Shown piece by piece: positions 12,408 through 28,569 of a stretch of 64,000 nucleotides of DNA. The position numbers and the translations under genes were made by a program. Position 1 is the stretch's first letter; the number at the start of each line of letters is the position of its first letter. The stretch comes from the human T2T-CHM13v2.0 reference genome, Homo sapiens: assembly GCF_009914755.1 (NCBI RefSeq), contig NC_060929.1; one strand, 5' to 3'. Under the pieces are notes generated by a model, which searched no databases, was not told the origin of the DNA, and worked only from the letters and a program-made list of their open reading frames with translations.

Positions 12408-12791
12408 TTTATTAGTCTGTTTTCACGCTGCTATAAAGAAATACCTGAGAATGGGTAATTTATGAAGAAAAGAGGTTTAATTGACTCACAGTTCCAAATG
12501 GCTGAGGGGGCCTCAGGAAAATTAGAATTATGGTGTGAAGCAAAGGGGAAGCAAGCTTGGACCTTCTCACATGGCGGCAGGAGAGAGAAGAGTGAGGAGC
12601 GAAAGGGGAAGAGACTCTTATAAAGCCATCACATCTTACAAGAACTCACTCACTGTCACAAGAACACCATGGGGGAAACCACCCCCATGATCCAATCGCT
12701 TCCCATCAAGTCTCTCCCTAGACACCTGGAGATTATGTGGATTACAATTCAAGATGAGATTTGGGTGGGGACACAAAGACTAACCATATCA
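12408..12791 (-). mobile_element. THE1 (THE1D-like) MaLR solo LTR
   Basis: TATTAGTCTGTTTTCACGCTGCTATAAAGAAATACCTGAG...GGGACACAAAGACTAACCATATCA; 5-bp TSD CTGAG at 12403-12407 and 12792-12796. Confidence 0.93.
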
Positions 12792-13059
12792 CTGAGTATG
12801 CTTCTTTTTTTTTTCTCCTAATCTTTGTGACCACCGTATTTTGTCTCTGTTACTGTCTTTAAATAAAAAGCAATTTTATTACCTTTGGGTGGGAGTGAGG
12901 GCTGGTGAGAATGGGTATCTATTCCTGACCACTCCTTAGTTCTCATAATCTGATCAGTTGCTTTCAGTTCCATTCTTTTATTTTTCTTACTTTATCACCA
13001 TCCACCCTTCTTCCCTAGCAGATTCAAACTTGTTATTCACAAATGGCATAACTTTGTGC

Positions 13060-13900
13060 ATACTTTACACTCAAAAGTTTTCTTTATAATCAAAGTATAA
13101 ATTGGCTGATTATAAAATTCTTGCATCGCATTTTCTTTCTGTCAGTGTATTTTAGATACTGATCAAACAGTCTTTTTGCATTGACTGTTACTGTAGGAAG
13201 TCAAATCTAACTTGATATTTTACACTAGTAGGAAGCATGATTTTTTTTCTCCTGGCTGATCCTAGGATTCTTTCTTTGTGCTTGAATTTTAACAACTTTG
13301 CTAGAATATACTTTGATTTTGAATGTTAGGTATCATTATTTCTTGGTACCCTATGAACACCTTGATTCTGCACTTTCAATTTGTCTTTGTTACAGAAAAG
13401 TTTTTTTAAACTGTACTTTTGATTATTTCTATATTTAAATATTTTATTTGCTTATTCTTAAGAATACCAATAATGCATGTTAGTTATATATTGTTTGTAG
13501 CCTGTCATTCCTTCTATGCTAATATTGACCTCTCTCTCTCTTTCTTTCTCTCTCTCTGTATGTAGTAGCCTCATAACTGCTTACGAGCATCTAACTCTTT
13601 CACTTATAATGGGCATGTATTGTCTGCCCTGTTTTTATTTTTTCTCATGTTGTAGCATTTCCAGCTCATTTCTATATATTTTGGACATTATTTAAAGTCT
13701 TCTTTGAACACTTTTTTCTCATGTTCAAATTGTGCTTATAATTTATAGAGATGATATTATCTATACTATGAAAAAGGAAACTTTTGTTCATTTTTCCTTT
13801 ATTTTACTTTGACTATCTTTTCGTTAGAAATTTCCTTTTATTAAATAAAGGAAATAACTTCTGTGCATAGAACTAATATCATTTCTTTATAATTATAACT
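13060..13900 (-). mobile_element. Very old L1 (L1ME-like) fragment
   Basis: TTGGCTGATTATAAAATTCTTG...TTTTCTTTCTGTCAGTGTATTTTAGATACTG resembles antisense old L1; highly diverged. Confidence 0.5.
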
Positions 13901-15282
13901 AATCTTTGAATTATTTAATTATTTTGTTTCTTGTCAGAGATTTTGGCAATTGTGATAACTGAGGCCACCCAGGGCTTGGATTCAACGATGTTGTTTCCAA
14001 ACTCTTTCTCAACAAATTAGTTGGTTGACAGAAAATCTTCTGTAGCTAAAGATGGAAAAGGCCACTCTCTCACTGCTTAAATACTCAACGCTGATGACAT
14101 CCATTGCTGCCCGAAATCACCATTTAAAAAACATAGCTTTATAAAATATAGGTTGCATACTATAAAATTGACCTATTTTAAGAAAAAAAAAATTAATTTA
14201 ATATATTTACAGAACTGATCTGCTTTTCAATCCCTGTACCCCTGAATAACCGTCTCTTAAGGTGGAGGTTCCTTGCCAAGAAAACCATGAATGTGACACC
14301 TTATTTTGCCCTTCTGGTATTGTCACTGTCAAAACCAGAGACGCCGAGAGAAGCAGAAAAATCATATTATTTATCCTTTCTTCCTCCAAATTCTGCTCAG
14401 TACCTCTCACTCACAGAAACCAAGAGGAATCCAACTAGCAATAACACCTAAAAAATGTGGTTTGCAGGTTTTCAGCCCAGAGGTATAAAGAAAGTGCAGA
14501 AAGGAAAGCAAACTGCTGAGAGCCTGTAGACAATATCCAGCATTAAAATCATGGATTGTCTGTCTCTATAACTATCTTTCTTTAATTAATGCAGCTTTCA
14601 TTGGAGCAACTACCAAGCCATGATAGAAAAGGTAGAAATGTTTGCTTAGTTTTTTTTTTTTTTCCAGCTTCCTGCTCCTCTGTTGCAAACATCTGGGTTC
14701 CAACAGAATGCGTTCCACTTTACCAAAACCTTCCTATAATTCTTGACTTCTTCCTCCAACTTGGAGAGAATACAAAAGATAAGATCCTTAACTTTATGGA
14801 AAAGTATATAAATCTGGTAACTGAGGAAGTTTGTGAAAATAAACCTTGTATACACTTTTCTGGTTCACTTTTCACACTTATGACTAGCATAATTCAGTTT
14901 TTGTTTGAAATTGTGACTATTTATTGTATTAAAGTTCAATTTTTCTACTACTGTATTCTTTTGGAGATTTTTCCTTGGGTTGTGAAAAATTAGCTGAAGT
15001 AAAATGCTCTTAGTTAACTATTTTTCTTTATGGACATTGTGTTTTCTCCACATCTAGCCCTGTCTGAATGCAGTTCCTAATTGTGTCTCATGAGAAACAA
15101 CACTGTGTGTTCATCCAATAGTTTTGTTGTTGTTATAAAGCTCATTTCATGTGTCTGGCCACAGAGGCAAAACCATAAATCACAGACCATACAGGTATGG
15201 TAACTGGTCATACATATAAGGACATGTCAAAGAAATGTTTGACCTACTGAAATATTACTTGCAAATGTCTGCATATGATACT

Positions 15283-15750
15283 TGTATTAGTTTCCTAGGG
15301 GTCTTGTAAGAAAGTACCACATACTGGGTAGCTTAAAACAATAGAAACTTATTTTCTTATGGATCTGATGGCTAAAGTCCAAATCAAGGTGTCAGCAGGG
15401 CCATCACCCCCCTGGAGACTCTAGGGAAGAATCCTTTCTTGCCTATTCCTGGCTTCAGATAGTTGCCAACAGTCCTTGCCACTCCTTGACCTGCAGTTGT
15501 ATCACTCAAATCTCCATCTCCACCCTTACATGGCCTCCCTCACTGTATGTCTATGTTTGTCTGTGTTTTTCTTTGTCCTTATAGGAACACCAGACATGGA
15601 ATTTAGGGCTCACTGTAATCCTATATGACCTCATCTTAACTTGTTTAAATCTGTAGAGACCCTATTTTCATACAAGGTCAAATTCAGAGAGATACCAGGA
15701 TTTAGACCTTCAATATATCTTTTATGAGGGGCACACTCAGCCCACAATAG
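15283..15750 (-). mobile_element. MLT1C-like MaLR LTR
   Basis: TGTATTAGTTTCCTAGGG...AAGTACCACATACTGGG...TCAAGGTGTCAGCAGGGCC...ATGACCTCATCTTAAC. Confidence 0.85.
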
Positions 15751-16207
15751 TATTTAATATTATTGGCACTATGGAGCTACCAGATGTGGTAGATTTTTAG
15801 GCCAGTGACAACTGATATTTGGTATAAAGATTTTCACATCAAATAGATTAAAATTACCTCAAGCAAATTTTCCAAAAATAAGAAATTCTCAATTTTGAAA
15901 CTCCTTATCTGCTTATTCCATTTTCTATTTAAAATAAACGTTTAAAGGTTGATGTGTGTGTATTTCTGTGTGTGTACATGTGTATATACCATATGTATTT
16001 ACATGAATCTTATATGCAGGGTTTTTTTTAAACATTCCTTCTTAATTTACTATGGTACAAACTCAATCTGGAGCTTAGACTACAGGAAACCAGGGTATGA
16101 TGCTGAACTGGAAAACTAACACATGCATCAATTTTAATAACTCACTTAATTCAAGCAATTAATTTTTTCTAGTGGTGTACTTTTTTGATTTAATAATAAC
16201 CAATTTT

Positions 16208-16660
16208 GATTGTCAGTTTTATATGTCAACTTGACTATGTTACAGTCACTAGTTATTTATCAAATGCTAATCCAGGTTTTGCTTTGCAGGTATTTTATAG
16301 ATGTGATTAACATCTATGATTCTTTGGCTTTATGTAAAAGAAATTAACCCCAATAATCTGAGTGGGCCTGATTCATCTTGTTAAAGGAATTTAGACTAGA
16401 ACTGAAACTTCCCAAAAAAAGATAAAATTCTGCTTGTGGACCACAGTTTCAGCTCATATCCAAGAGTTTCCAACCTGTTCTTTCTGACTATCTGCCCTAC
16501 TGATTCCTGGTTTCACGTTTGCCAGCCAGTCCCCATTATTGAGGAAGCCAATTTCTAGTAATATATATTTCTATCTCTCTATCTCTGTCCCTATCTTTTT
16601 GTCTCTATCTATCTCTATGTTTCCTGGTTCTGTTTGTCTGGTGGAACCACAACTGATATA
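16208..16660 (+). mobile_element. MLT2 (MLT2D-like) ERVL LTR
   Basis: TTTTATATGTCAACTTGACT...AATCTGAGTGGGCCTGATTCA...GGTTCTGTTTGTCTGGTGGAACCACAACTGATATA. Confidence 0.8.
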
Positions 16661-16679
16661 CCAATTTGTGGAAAAGTTG

Positions 16680-17862
16680 GGCATATACTATGAAGAATAT
16701 TTCCCCTGATTTATTGGAGAGTAAGTTGATCATCTAATGCCCTATTACCTCTGTATACACTGGAAGCGTTTCTTATGAACATGAACATTACACAACATAA
16801 CCTCAGTACTACCACTGAAGTTATCAAAATCAGGTATTTAACACTGATACATAGCCACGATCTAATCCTCGGACCCCAGGTTTTTTTCAATTGTCTTTAT
16901 AATGTCCTTCGTTGCAAAAGGGTCAAATTTTGAAGCAGATATTGCTTTGGTGGAATGTCTCTTCAGTATCATTCAGTCTGAAACAATTTCTTTATTTTAT
17001 CTCTGCTTTTATGGTTATTTTGGAAACGTTCCAGAAAATTTCAGCCAAGTTACTTTTCAGAATAGTTTTCAGTTTATCTGTTTACTTTTAAGATTATCTG
17101 TTGTTTCCTCATGAATAAGTTTGTGCATCTTTGGTGAGAATTTCACAGAAAATATGTTTCAGTCACTTTATTGCACCTTATTCAGTGGTGATTATTTGAT
17201 CGTTTGATCAAAATAGTATATGACCAGCTTCTCTACCACTGTCAATCTTTACCACTTTAAAATTAATAAATTTTGTGGAAAACTTTTTTGAAATCATGTA
17301 AAAATTTTGCTCCTCTTCAAATGTACATTATATTCATTCATTTATGTATACACAGGTGCATGATGCTTTCCTGTTAACTAAATGAATTATAATTCATCAC
17401 TTACATTATTTATTCTGGTAATCAAATTCTGCCAGCATACCAGTGGGAGTTCATTCAAGCTGGCTCCTATGTGGTTTTGATAAATCCCCTTCACTCTTTG
17501 AGTACTTCCTTCCTTTCTAATACTTATCTTATACTGCCTATGCTCCAATGTAGAGCACAGTGGAGAAAATATGCCCTACAAAATCTGGGCCTAAATTATT
17601 TTTTCCTGTTTATTTTTACATTTTAAAATAGCTCTATTGAGAGATAATTTGCATATCCTACAATTTACTCCTCTAAAGTGTACAATTTGATAAGCTTTTT
17701 AATACATTCATAGATATGTGAAACCATCACTACAGTTGATTTTATAACATTCATTATTTCACAGAGAAACCCAGTACCCGTTAGCTATTACCCCTGAGTT
17801 ACTGTTTTCATTTCTATTGGGTATATAATTTAGAGTGTTATTATTGTTGGATCATCTGGTAA
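16680..17862 (-). mobile_element. Old L1 3' fragments (L1ME then L1MB-like 3' end)
   Basis: AAATCAGGTATTTAACACTGATACA; AGCTCTATTGAGAGATAATTTGCATA...TAAAGTGTACAATT...AACCATCACTACAG. Confidence 0.6.
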
Positions 17863-17885
17863 AGAGTCACCCTCAGCTCTACCCA

Positions 17886-18593
17886 TTACCATATGGCCCA
17901 ATAATAATAACACTCCAAGTTATACATCCAATAGAAATGAAAACATATGTCCACACAAAAAAGTGTATGCCAATATTTATAACAGCATTATTCTTAAAAA
18001 CAAAATATGAGAACAACACAAATGACCATCAAATGATGGATAAACAAAATGTAGAATATCTGTACAAGGAAATTTTATTTTTTCATGAAAATAATAAAGT
18101 ACTAATATATACAACAACATGGATGAACCTTAAAAACATTCCTCTAAGTGAAGGAAGTCATCATAAAACACCAACATCAAACTAAGAAGCTTCTGCACAG
18201 CAAAATAAACATTCAAAAGAATAAAGAAACAACCTATGGAATGGGAGGAAATATTTGCCAACCATGTATCTGAGAAAGGCTTAATTTCCAAAATTTATAA
18301 GAAATTCAAACAATTCAACAGCAAAAGTAACCCAATTAAAAAACAAATAATTGGAGTTGACATTTCTCAAGAGAAGACATACAAATGGCCAACAGGTATA
18401 TATGAAAGGAAGTTCAACATCACTAATCATCAGGGAAATGCAAATTAAAACCTCAATGAGACAGTATTCACACCTGTTACAATGGCTGTTATCAAAAAGA
18501 TGAAATATAATAAGCATTGAAAAGAATGAGGAGAAAAGAGAACTTTTGCATGCTGTTGACAGGAAAGTAAATTAGCATAACCATTATGGAAAT
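17886..18593 (+). mobile_element. L1M sense-strand fragments (ORF2 C-terminal region/3' UTR)
   Basis: ORF peptides EMKTYVHTKKCMPIFITALF and MEWEEIFANHVSEKGLISKIYKK are decayed L1 ORF2p. Confidence 0.8.
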
Positions 18594-18611
18594 GTAATAC
18601 TTTCCATTTTC

Positions 18612-20354
<1,743 letters not shown>

Positions 20355-20399
20355 TAGTCTGTGTAACAGACTAATCTGGGACAGGAACCTTGAAAGATG

Positions 20400-21950
20400 A
20401 TACTTGCTCTTCTCAAGAGTTAGTAAATGTTCAACGATCATTCTTCAAAAAGATGTGTCATTTTGACAGTATGATTCCATTTTAGGGAAAAAGGTAGCGT
20501 CAAAACTAAGGTAATAGTTGGATATGGGGTCTAAGTTTTTACAGATATCAGGGTGCCTGAAAAGGCATAATTGTCATCTGAACACATTAGGGCTTATGAA
20601 GATCCAATAATCACTGTAATTTTGGCCCAGCTCTGTCACAAAGGTTGTCAAATGTGTTTTAGGACATACCCTGTGGTTATTTATGTAGTTCCTGAGTGAA
20701 GACTTGGGATAGGTGAACTTCTAACCTAAAAGATCCTTTCAACTATTTTTCAAGCTCTTTGAACTGTGAAATATTGCCATTATGTTAAGAAGGGACTGAA
20801 GGAAGCCACTGAAATCTCACCCTATTCTAAAAGTCAGTAAATCACAGCAATACTCTTTTGTTCTGCTAGGAATAACAGAGGTAAGTGCGATATTCAAAGT
20901 CTTAAATTAAAACCAAAAACTGATAAATTATGATGGATGGCAGTGAACCTCCAAAAACATTAATGTAAGTCTCCATCTGCCATGCAGAGTATGGTTTCTT
21001 CATAGAATCATATCAACATAGCCTCTGACATTACATATGCCTCTACTAATTTGGTCTATGCTTTCTTCATGTAACCCATAGGCATGAACAAAACCATTTA
21101 TAATTCATGTGAGAAAGATGATATCGTATATTGCCTTCTGTTGCAGCCACCTTTATTATTTTAGAATTCTGTAGAACAGTATTTTGGTACCTATATTGAT
21201 AGCATAAGGCTAAGTGAATGCGGTAAGCAGGAACTGGCAAATGCTATAAAATCCATAGAGAGTCACATGGATCCTACATGATAGAGATAAATGCTATGTG
21301 TCAAGTATGTGTGATTTAGTAGCACATTGTATTCTGGACATGTCCAAAAAGGAAAATGACACTTTAAGCTTATGCCTGTTTGATTTAGAAAGTGCCATAG
21401 CTTAGTGTCCTTTCACACCACGGAGGATACTGGTCTGGCCTGTTTAATGAGTAACTCAGAAGGGACCAGCTCAAGAGAAGGCTATGTACCTTTTCAACGC
21501 TACACTGCAAACTGTACTTTCAAAGGGTCATATAATACGGTAGATTCAAGAGTGCTGGAAAATCCAGGGTGAATGAGGACACTGAGGAAATGTATCAAGT
21601 TGCAATATGAGAGTCTCAGTGAAGAATACTGTGGTTAGAGAAGAACATCTTGGGTTATATGGCAGTAAAATACTCTTAATTATTACAATTCTTCACATGC
21701 CACTGGGTTTGGACTGGGCTTGATGCCGAGTGATCATCTAAACAGATCTGCCCATCATGAACTGTGCAGTATGAGATACATTGAGCCAGAAAGTCAAGTG
21801 GGCACAGCAGAAGCCAGTTACATAATTGAAAATGATACATTCAGGAATAGGCCCAAACAATTGAGGAAGGCCCTTGCAAATTCATGTATTAGTCACCCAG
21901 ATTTCCTGGTCACTTACAACAACGTGAATGGTTGCTTTTTCACTAACTCT
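20400..21950 (+). mobile_element. Decayed ERVL-class internal (pol/RT) remnant
   Basis: 20930-21075 aligns by eye to the ERVL RT motif WRMTVDY...PDVVSLLEQIN...YAAIDLANAFFS with many stops and frameshifts. Confidence 0.6.
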
Positions 21951-22559
21951 CTTGCTTGAATCCATTTAGGTATTGTAGCTAGATACTGCCTATCAGGGCT
22001 CTTTATGACAAATGGTACCTATACCTCCCTTTTCTTAGAGAAAAAATGATGGCAAGTTTTTCTCTCAGCAATGGGAGACCGATTTTGTAACCCGAGAGCT
22101 AAAAATATTGCAGAGATAAGAACAGTTTCAAAAAGAGGAAAAGCACCGTTTTAGATATTCTGTTTTATTATCTCTTATCCCAGCTACCACTGAGAGGATC
22201 TATTCTGCAATATAAAAGAATGTCCCCTCAAGTTTATATGTTATGCCTCTTGCCTACATCGTGTCACATCTCTGTTGACATTAAGGCATATACTCTGATT
22301 CAGCTAACGTTACCAGATCAACTCATTCCATTTCCACTAGGACTTTCCTGGTATTAGCCCCAAAGTCAATCAAGAACCCAAGAACCACTACTACTCCCCA
22401 CTCCCCAACCCCAGTCACAGGAAAACCAGGGCCCTTATCACTGTAAATACAACCTGCTGTTTCGCATATGCAATGCCAAAGTGAGGGAGAGTTAGTGCCA
22501 TGTGGGGTAAATCTTTGAAGAATATGAAATGGAAACTGATAGATCAATGTTTTCTTCTT

Positions 22560-22772
22560 TAATACCTTGGTCTTGACATACACGTCATGCTTCTCAGATA
22601 GTCTCTTAGACTCAAGCAATCGGCAGCTGATAGTGGTGGGTGAAACAATATCTGTTTTGTTCCACCCGTTGTTTGGTTTCCCTCCCACTATTCCTCACCG
22701 TTGTTTCCTGAGATCACCTCCCCAGTAATGTATTTACGTATGCCTTTATTTAGGTCATGCTGTCTTGGGAAG
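22560..22772 (+). mobile_element. LTR16-like ERVL LTR 3' portion
   Basis: TGTTTCCTGAGATCACCTCCCCAGTAA...GTCATGCTGTCTTGGGAA resembles the LTR16 terminus. Confidence 0.5.
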
Positions 22773-22977
22773 TGTTGCAGGATGTATTCGATATTAATAA
22801 AATATATTTACTTGAGTTGAAGTACTAAAGGAAGCTGAAATAGTACTGAAAGGTGTGATGACTTTCAGATACATATGTATTCATCACAAGAGTGTTTTCT
22901 TAAAGGAGTAAATTATGACAAAAGCTTTAAGAGTTGGGAGCATTATACCTTTTAATGTAAAAAGCTACCTAATTTGA

Positions 22978-23273
<296 letters not shown>

Positions 23274-23338
23274 GTTTTTTTGTTTTGTTTTGTTTTTATG
23301 TTTATGAATGCTTGACTATCACCTCGATTCAGTTAATT

Positions 23339-23462
23339 AAAAAAAGAAAAGAGCGAAAGAAAGAAAGAGAAAGAAAGAAAAAGAAAAGAAAGAGAGAAAG
23401 AAGAAAAAGAAAGAAAAAGAAAGAAAGAAAGAAAGAAAGAAAGAGAAAGAAAGAAAGAAAAA
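23339..23462. repeat. (GAAA)n purine-rich tract
   Basis: Direct observation. Confidence 0.95.
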
Positions 23463-23519
23463 GGCTTGTTTCTTTCTGTTTTATACTTTCTTCCAGAAAT
23501 TTTTTTGACACGACCCTAC

Positions 23520-24480
23520 TGTTCCCACTGTTTTCTGTGCTGAAATATCACATTCCTTCTTTGCTTGCTTCTCTGAGTCATTGGTTTGGTTGGATTTTGT
23601 CTTCAAGAAGTACAAATGGGTGTTATATTTTCTTAAATTTTCAGGTTAAGCAATGCATATGCTTTGTTTTTGCAATTGAATAATACCTTGGTTTGATATA
23701 AGATAGGGTCATATTTTATTTATCTGAAAAATTTTTTGGTAATTATTTTATCTTCTGGCACTGATTGGCACTGACGAGAGATGGGGGCTTAGCTGGAATT
23801 TTCCCCTTTTCCCCCATGAAAACGAATTGCTCCTTTTTGCCTGGTTGGTTAAATTTTTTTGTTATTCTTAAAGTTCTGCAATTTAAAATGGATATGTCTC
23901 AATGTCAATTACCTGTATCATTTTCCAATGTAAGCTTCAAATTCAGTTATTCCTTCTTTTATGAATTTATTTTCAGAAAAATATGTTATTTTAAATTATT
24001 TTTCTTCTCACTGTTAAGGTCTCCAGAAACAGCATTCATCTTTAAATTGGATGTTATTTGATATCCTCATTATCTGATGTCCTCTTCCTAATTTCTTCAA
24101 ACTATATCATTTCATAAGTTTTTACTGTGCTTTTCATCAGTGATTCCATTTTTGACTACATCTATTCTCTTCCCTGCCCTGTCTAATTATCTATTTGTTC
24201 TGTGTGAGGTTTGCTTCATTCTCCATGAGTTTCCATAATTTTCATTTTCAAGTTTGAGTTCCTGTTTATTAAATTTATTTTCTTGTTAAATCACTATGGG
24301 AAAATTTCTTCTGTACGTTGAATTAGGTTATCTCTAAAATCTGATTCTTTTATATCTTTTTAATGCTAGTTTTCTCAAAAACAATTTTTTGGCTAAAAAA
24401 GTATTTTTTTCTGTAACTATCAGTCAATTTCTTTTCACCTCAGCTTTGCTTGTTGAGGGCTGTCTCCACATGATCCATTT
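23520..24480 (-). mobile_element. Very old L1 (L1ME-like) fragment
   Basis: T-rich; CCTTGGTTTGATATAAGATAGGGTCATATTTTATT resembles antisense old L1. Confidence 0.45.
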
Positions 24481-24491
24481 ATTATTCTCTT

Positions 24492-24883
<392 letters not shown>

Positions 24884-27454
24884 TTAGTGGGAACTTGCTA
24901 TTTGTATTGTTTCTCATTCATTCTGAAGGTTTACTTGAAGAAGCTAGGCAGTCCATCTTTTATGACACTGATAATTATCCCAGCATTGTGGTCAGGTTTA
25001 TTTTGTGTTTTGTCAAATCTCCTGGACGGTGGATGCATGGAGGCCTAAAGCTCATGCCTCTGTGAGAGTTCCTTCTGGTTGCTTGGTCAACCTCTCCTGC
25101 TCTCCCTCACCACAGCAAGCAATCGAATTTGCACTTCCCCGCCCACACTCCTGCATGACTGAATGACAGGCATAGCGAGACTATGGTAAATCTTGTTAAT
25201 CAATCCCAGAAGAAGAGGGCGTCATTACTCTCATAATGCATGCCTTTATCCCTCAAATGTCCTTTCATCTTAGAGAAGCTCTTGAGATAAGAAACAGCCT
25301 GCCCGCCTGTCCCCTCCTTTATTCCTAGGCAAGAAAAACAAAAATGTTGTATCCTAGAGACTTTTTCACGTTGAAGGCTAACATGTGTTAGTATCACCTA
25401 AATTTTTGAAATAATAAATGTTAAACCTAGCTTCTTAACAAGTTTTATCTTGGCTAAAAATTTAAAATTGGAAATAAAATATTATAATGTAGCAAATCTA
25501 AGATGTTGAAACCAAGTTCACCAGGCCCAAGTATTCTGAGTTGGAAATTCATGAGAGGATGTCTAATTTATTATAATATAAGGAAGGAAAAATTAACAAT
25601 AACAAGGAACAAAAATGATCGCTTGAGTGCCAGAAAGAGTAATTTCCAATGTTAATTGAAGCACATGATTGAGTAAACATTTATTGAGTAACAAAACACC
25701 TATAAATAATTGTTTTGATGTAATAATAGTATATTATATATTTTGGGGCCTAAGGAGGACCAGTGCTTACATAGCTTATCTCCTTTAACATTGTATCACC
25801 TCTCAGGTACATTTTAGGTAGAGCGAAGCAAGCAATTCAGCCAAGACCACCCACGTAATTAAGTGAAGTCAAGTTTCCAAAGAGGCATGTCAACTCTAGA
25901 GTCTGCACACAGTCTCGAACTTTCCTTTCATGTGAACAGATGGAATTATCCCCTACCCTACAGCTCCAAATCTCACCTTGTCCTTATTTTCCTCACATGT
26001 TAACCTAACTGTATGGAATTATTGCCATCTACATCTTGGTCTTACATATCTCTGGGCTAATGTGTTATATGTTTATTTATCTCACTAATTTTCATACGCA
26101 TTCACTATATAGTTTAAGTGTAAACTTCCTAAAACTCAATAGGAAGACAAATGCATTCATTTTAAACTCTCAAAGCACAGCTTGTTACAAATTTATATCT
26201 TAGCAGTTATCTTCATTACACAAGAGCCATTTATTTATATATAAATATTCATCACTTAACTCTAATTTTCTTGAAAATATAGAAGATTTCTTGTTGTATT
26301 CCTGATGTAGCACTTTGCCTGTCACTTAAGAGGAACTTAGTAGTCAGAAGATTAAGTTGAATGACTATAGGAAGGTTCTAAATAACATCTAATATTATGT
26401 GATAAATGAACACTTTAATACAAAAGACACTAGCTTGAAATGAGTCTAACAGTTGCAGTTGAGAAAAAGAAACATATGTTTTTAGCAGCATTTAAAGATT
26501 TATGTTCTCTCCACACAATTACTGCTTCCCCTCTTAGTCACCATTGAGTCAGGGGTTTTAAGTAACTCTACCTCAAGTAACTACCCCAACTTACTGGTGG
26601 TCTCAGCTGGCTTGCATTGGAGAAGTGGTTTTGATTATGACTCAAGAAAAAAAAAACAGATTTGCTTTTTCTCAGCAAAAGTTTAAACCAGCCTCACAAT
26701 GCAAATACACCTAGTTGTTCAAAGCTGTAGATAGAGTGAGGAATCAAGATTCAAATTTTACTAGAACTCACCCTCAACTTGAGAGATAGGTCCTACATTC
26801 ACCTTTAATTTCAGTTGTCATTGAGTACATTATGAAATGTATCATCTTCTAAACATACAAAAATAGCAATATACATGGAAATATGATGTGTCGTAAGCCA
26901 ACATTCATCATTTAATATCTCAGGATATTAAAATATCCTGAGAAAAGGGCTCTGAAGTAATACATCTGCTGATCGTATAAAATTGCTTTGAACTGACTTT
27001 CTATCTTGTAACATCTTTTTTTCTTTTCTATTGTCACCTAAGACAATTTTCTTTCTCATGAGTACTCCTAAATTGTTCTTATAACGTTGTTATGGTAGTT
27101 TTCGTATTGATTTGTGAAGTAGAAATAGCATTGATAATAAACAAAGGGCATTCCTGTGAGTTCTGAAGGGGCAACAGTAGAAGAAATGAGAAAGCACAGA
27201 TGCTGAACAGTTTTATTTATCAAAAATAAAAAGTTATGAATTTCTATGTTTCCTCAGAAATGCACAACTACTGTAGAGATTAAATGCAGAATCATTTTAA
27301 GAGATTAAAATTTATAAGTAACTCATGTATAATGTGGTTAAATGAAGAAAATCCTGAATTTTATTATAGCATATAGTGTACCACATTTAAATTAGCATCA
27401 ATATCAAACTCTCAATATTTGACACTGTACATTTCTTAAAAGAAGAATGGTCAA

Positions 27455-27768
<314 letters not shown>

Positions 27769-27933
27769 TCATAAATGTCTTAAACTAAAGTTTTCACAGC
27801 CAAACAAAGAAACAAACAAAAAAGAGACCTAAGGCTAGGATTCAAAGTCACTTTTTTCAATTCGATAAAACATGGCAACTGGCCTCATCCTGGGTGCTGG
27901 CATTACATATAAACATTACATATTATCTAGTTC

Positions 27934-28569
27934 TGATATCAAATCAGGTCTGTCTGCCCAGCACACAGTATACCAATCACTTAGACAATGAGTTTTGCAG
28001 CAGAGAAAGGGTTTATTCACAAGGTAACCAAGCAAGGGGACGGGAAAACAGATCTCAAATCTGCCTCTCTAAAGACTAGGTTTTAGGGATATTTATGGGA
28101 TAGAGAAGCAAGGAAGTCCAAGGTATGGGAAAAGGTCATTGGAGGTACAAAAAAAGTGGGGCAATCTGTGATCTGCACAAGTGTGGCCAAGCTTCATGGC
28201 TCTTCATAGAATGAATGCTCATGAAATGCTGTCCCTAGAATAATCTGAGAGTTGAGTTTTTGGCCTTCTAACATTGAAAGGTCACTCATCGGACACTCAC
28301 ACAGGTCCAGTTGAAGGGTCAGTGGTCTCAGCTGGCTTGCACTGGACAAAACCTGATTCTAAGATCCTTTAAAGCAACTTAAGCAACTGTTACCATGGGG
28401 ACCTATACGTCAGAGATGTTATCTATAAGGGAGCTAGTGGAAGTTTAATTGTATATTACTCAGATACATAATTTTTACCTATACGCGTTTTAAAATCAAC
28501 TACAAGTGACTAAAAATAAATAAGGCAAGTTGAGTTTGGCAAGTGTCATCAGGTTAGCCCTGGGTTTCA
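27934..28569 (-). mobile_element. ERV1 (MER4-group) solo LTR
   Basis: TG...CA termini; antisense poly(A) signal GGTTTATTC; GAGTTTTGCAGCAGAGAAAG and TCTCAAATCTGCCTC motifs; near-TSD AGTTC/AGTCC. Confidence 0.7.

Noticed and set aside
20851-20886. Apparent 11-nt micro-exon (CTAG/GAATAACAGAG/GTAAGT)
   Set aside because: Lies in decayed ERVL pol sequence, is not a multiple of 3, and has no host gene; probably chance.
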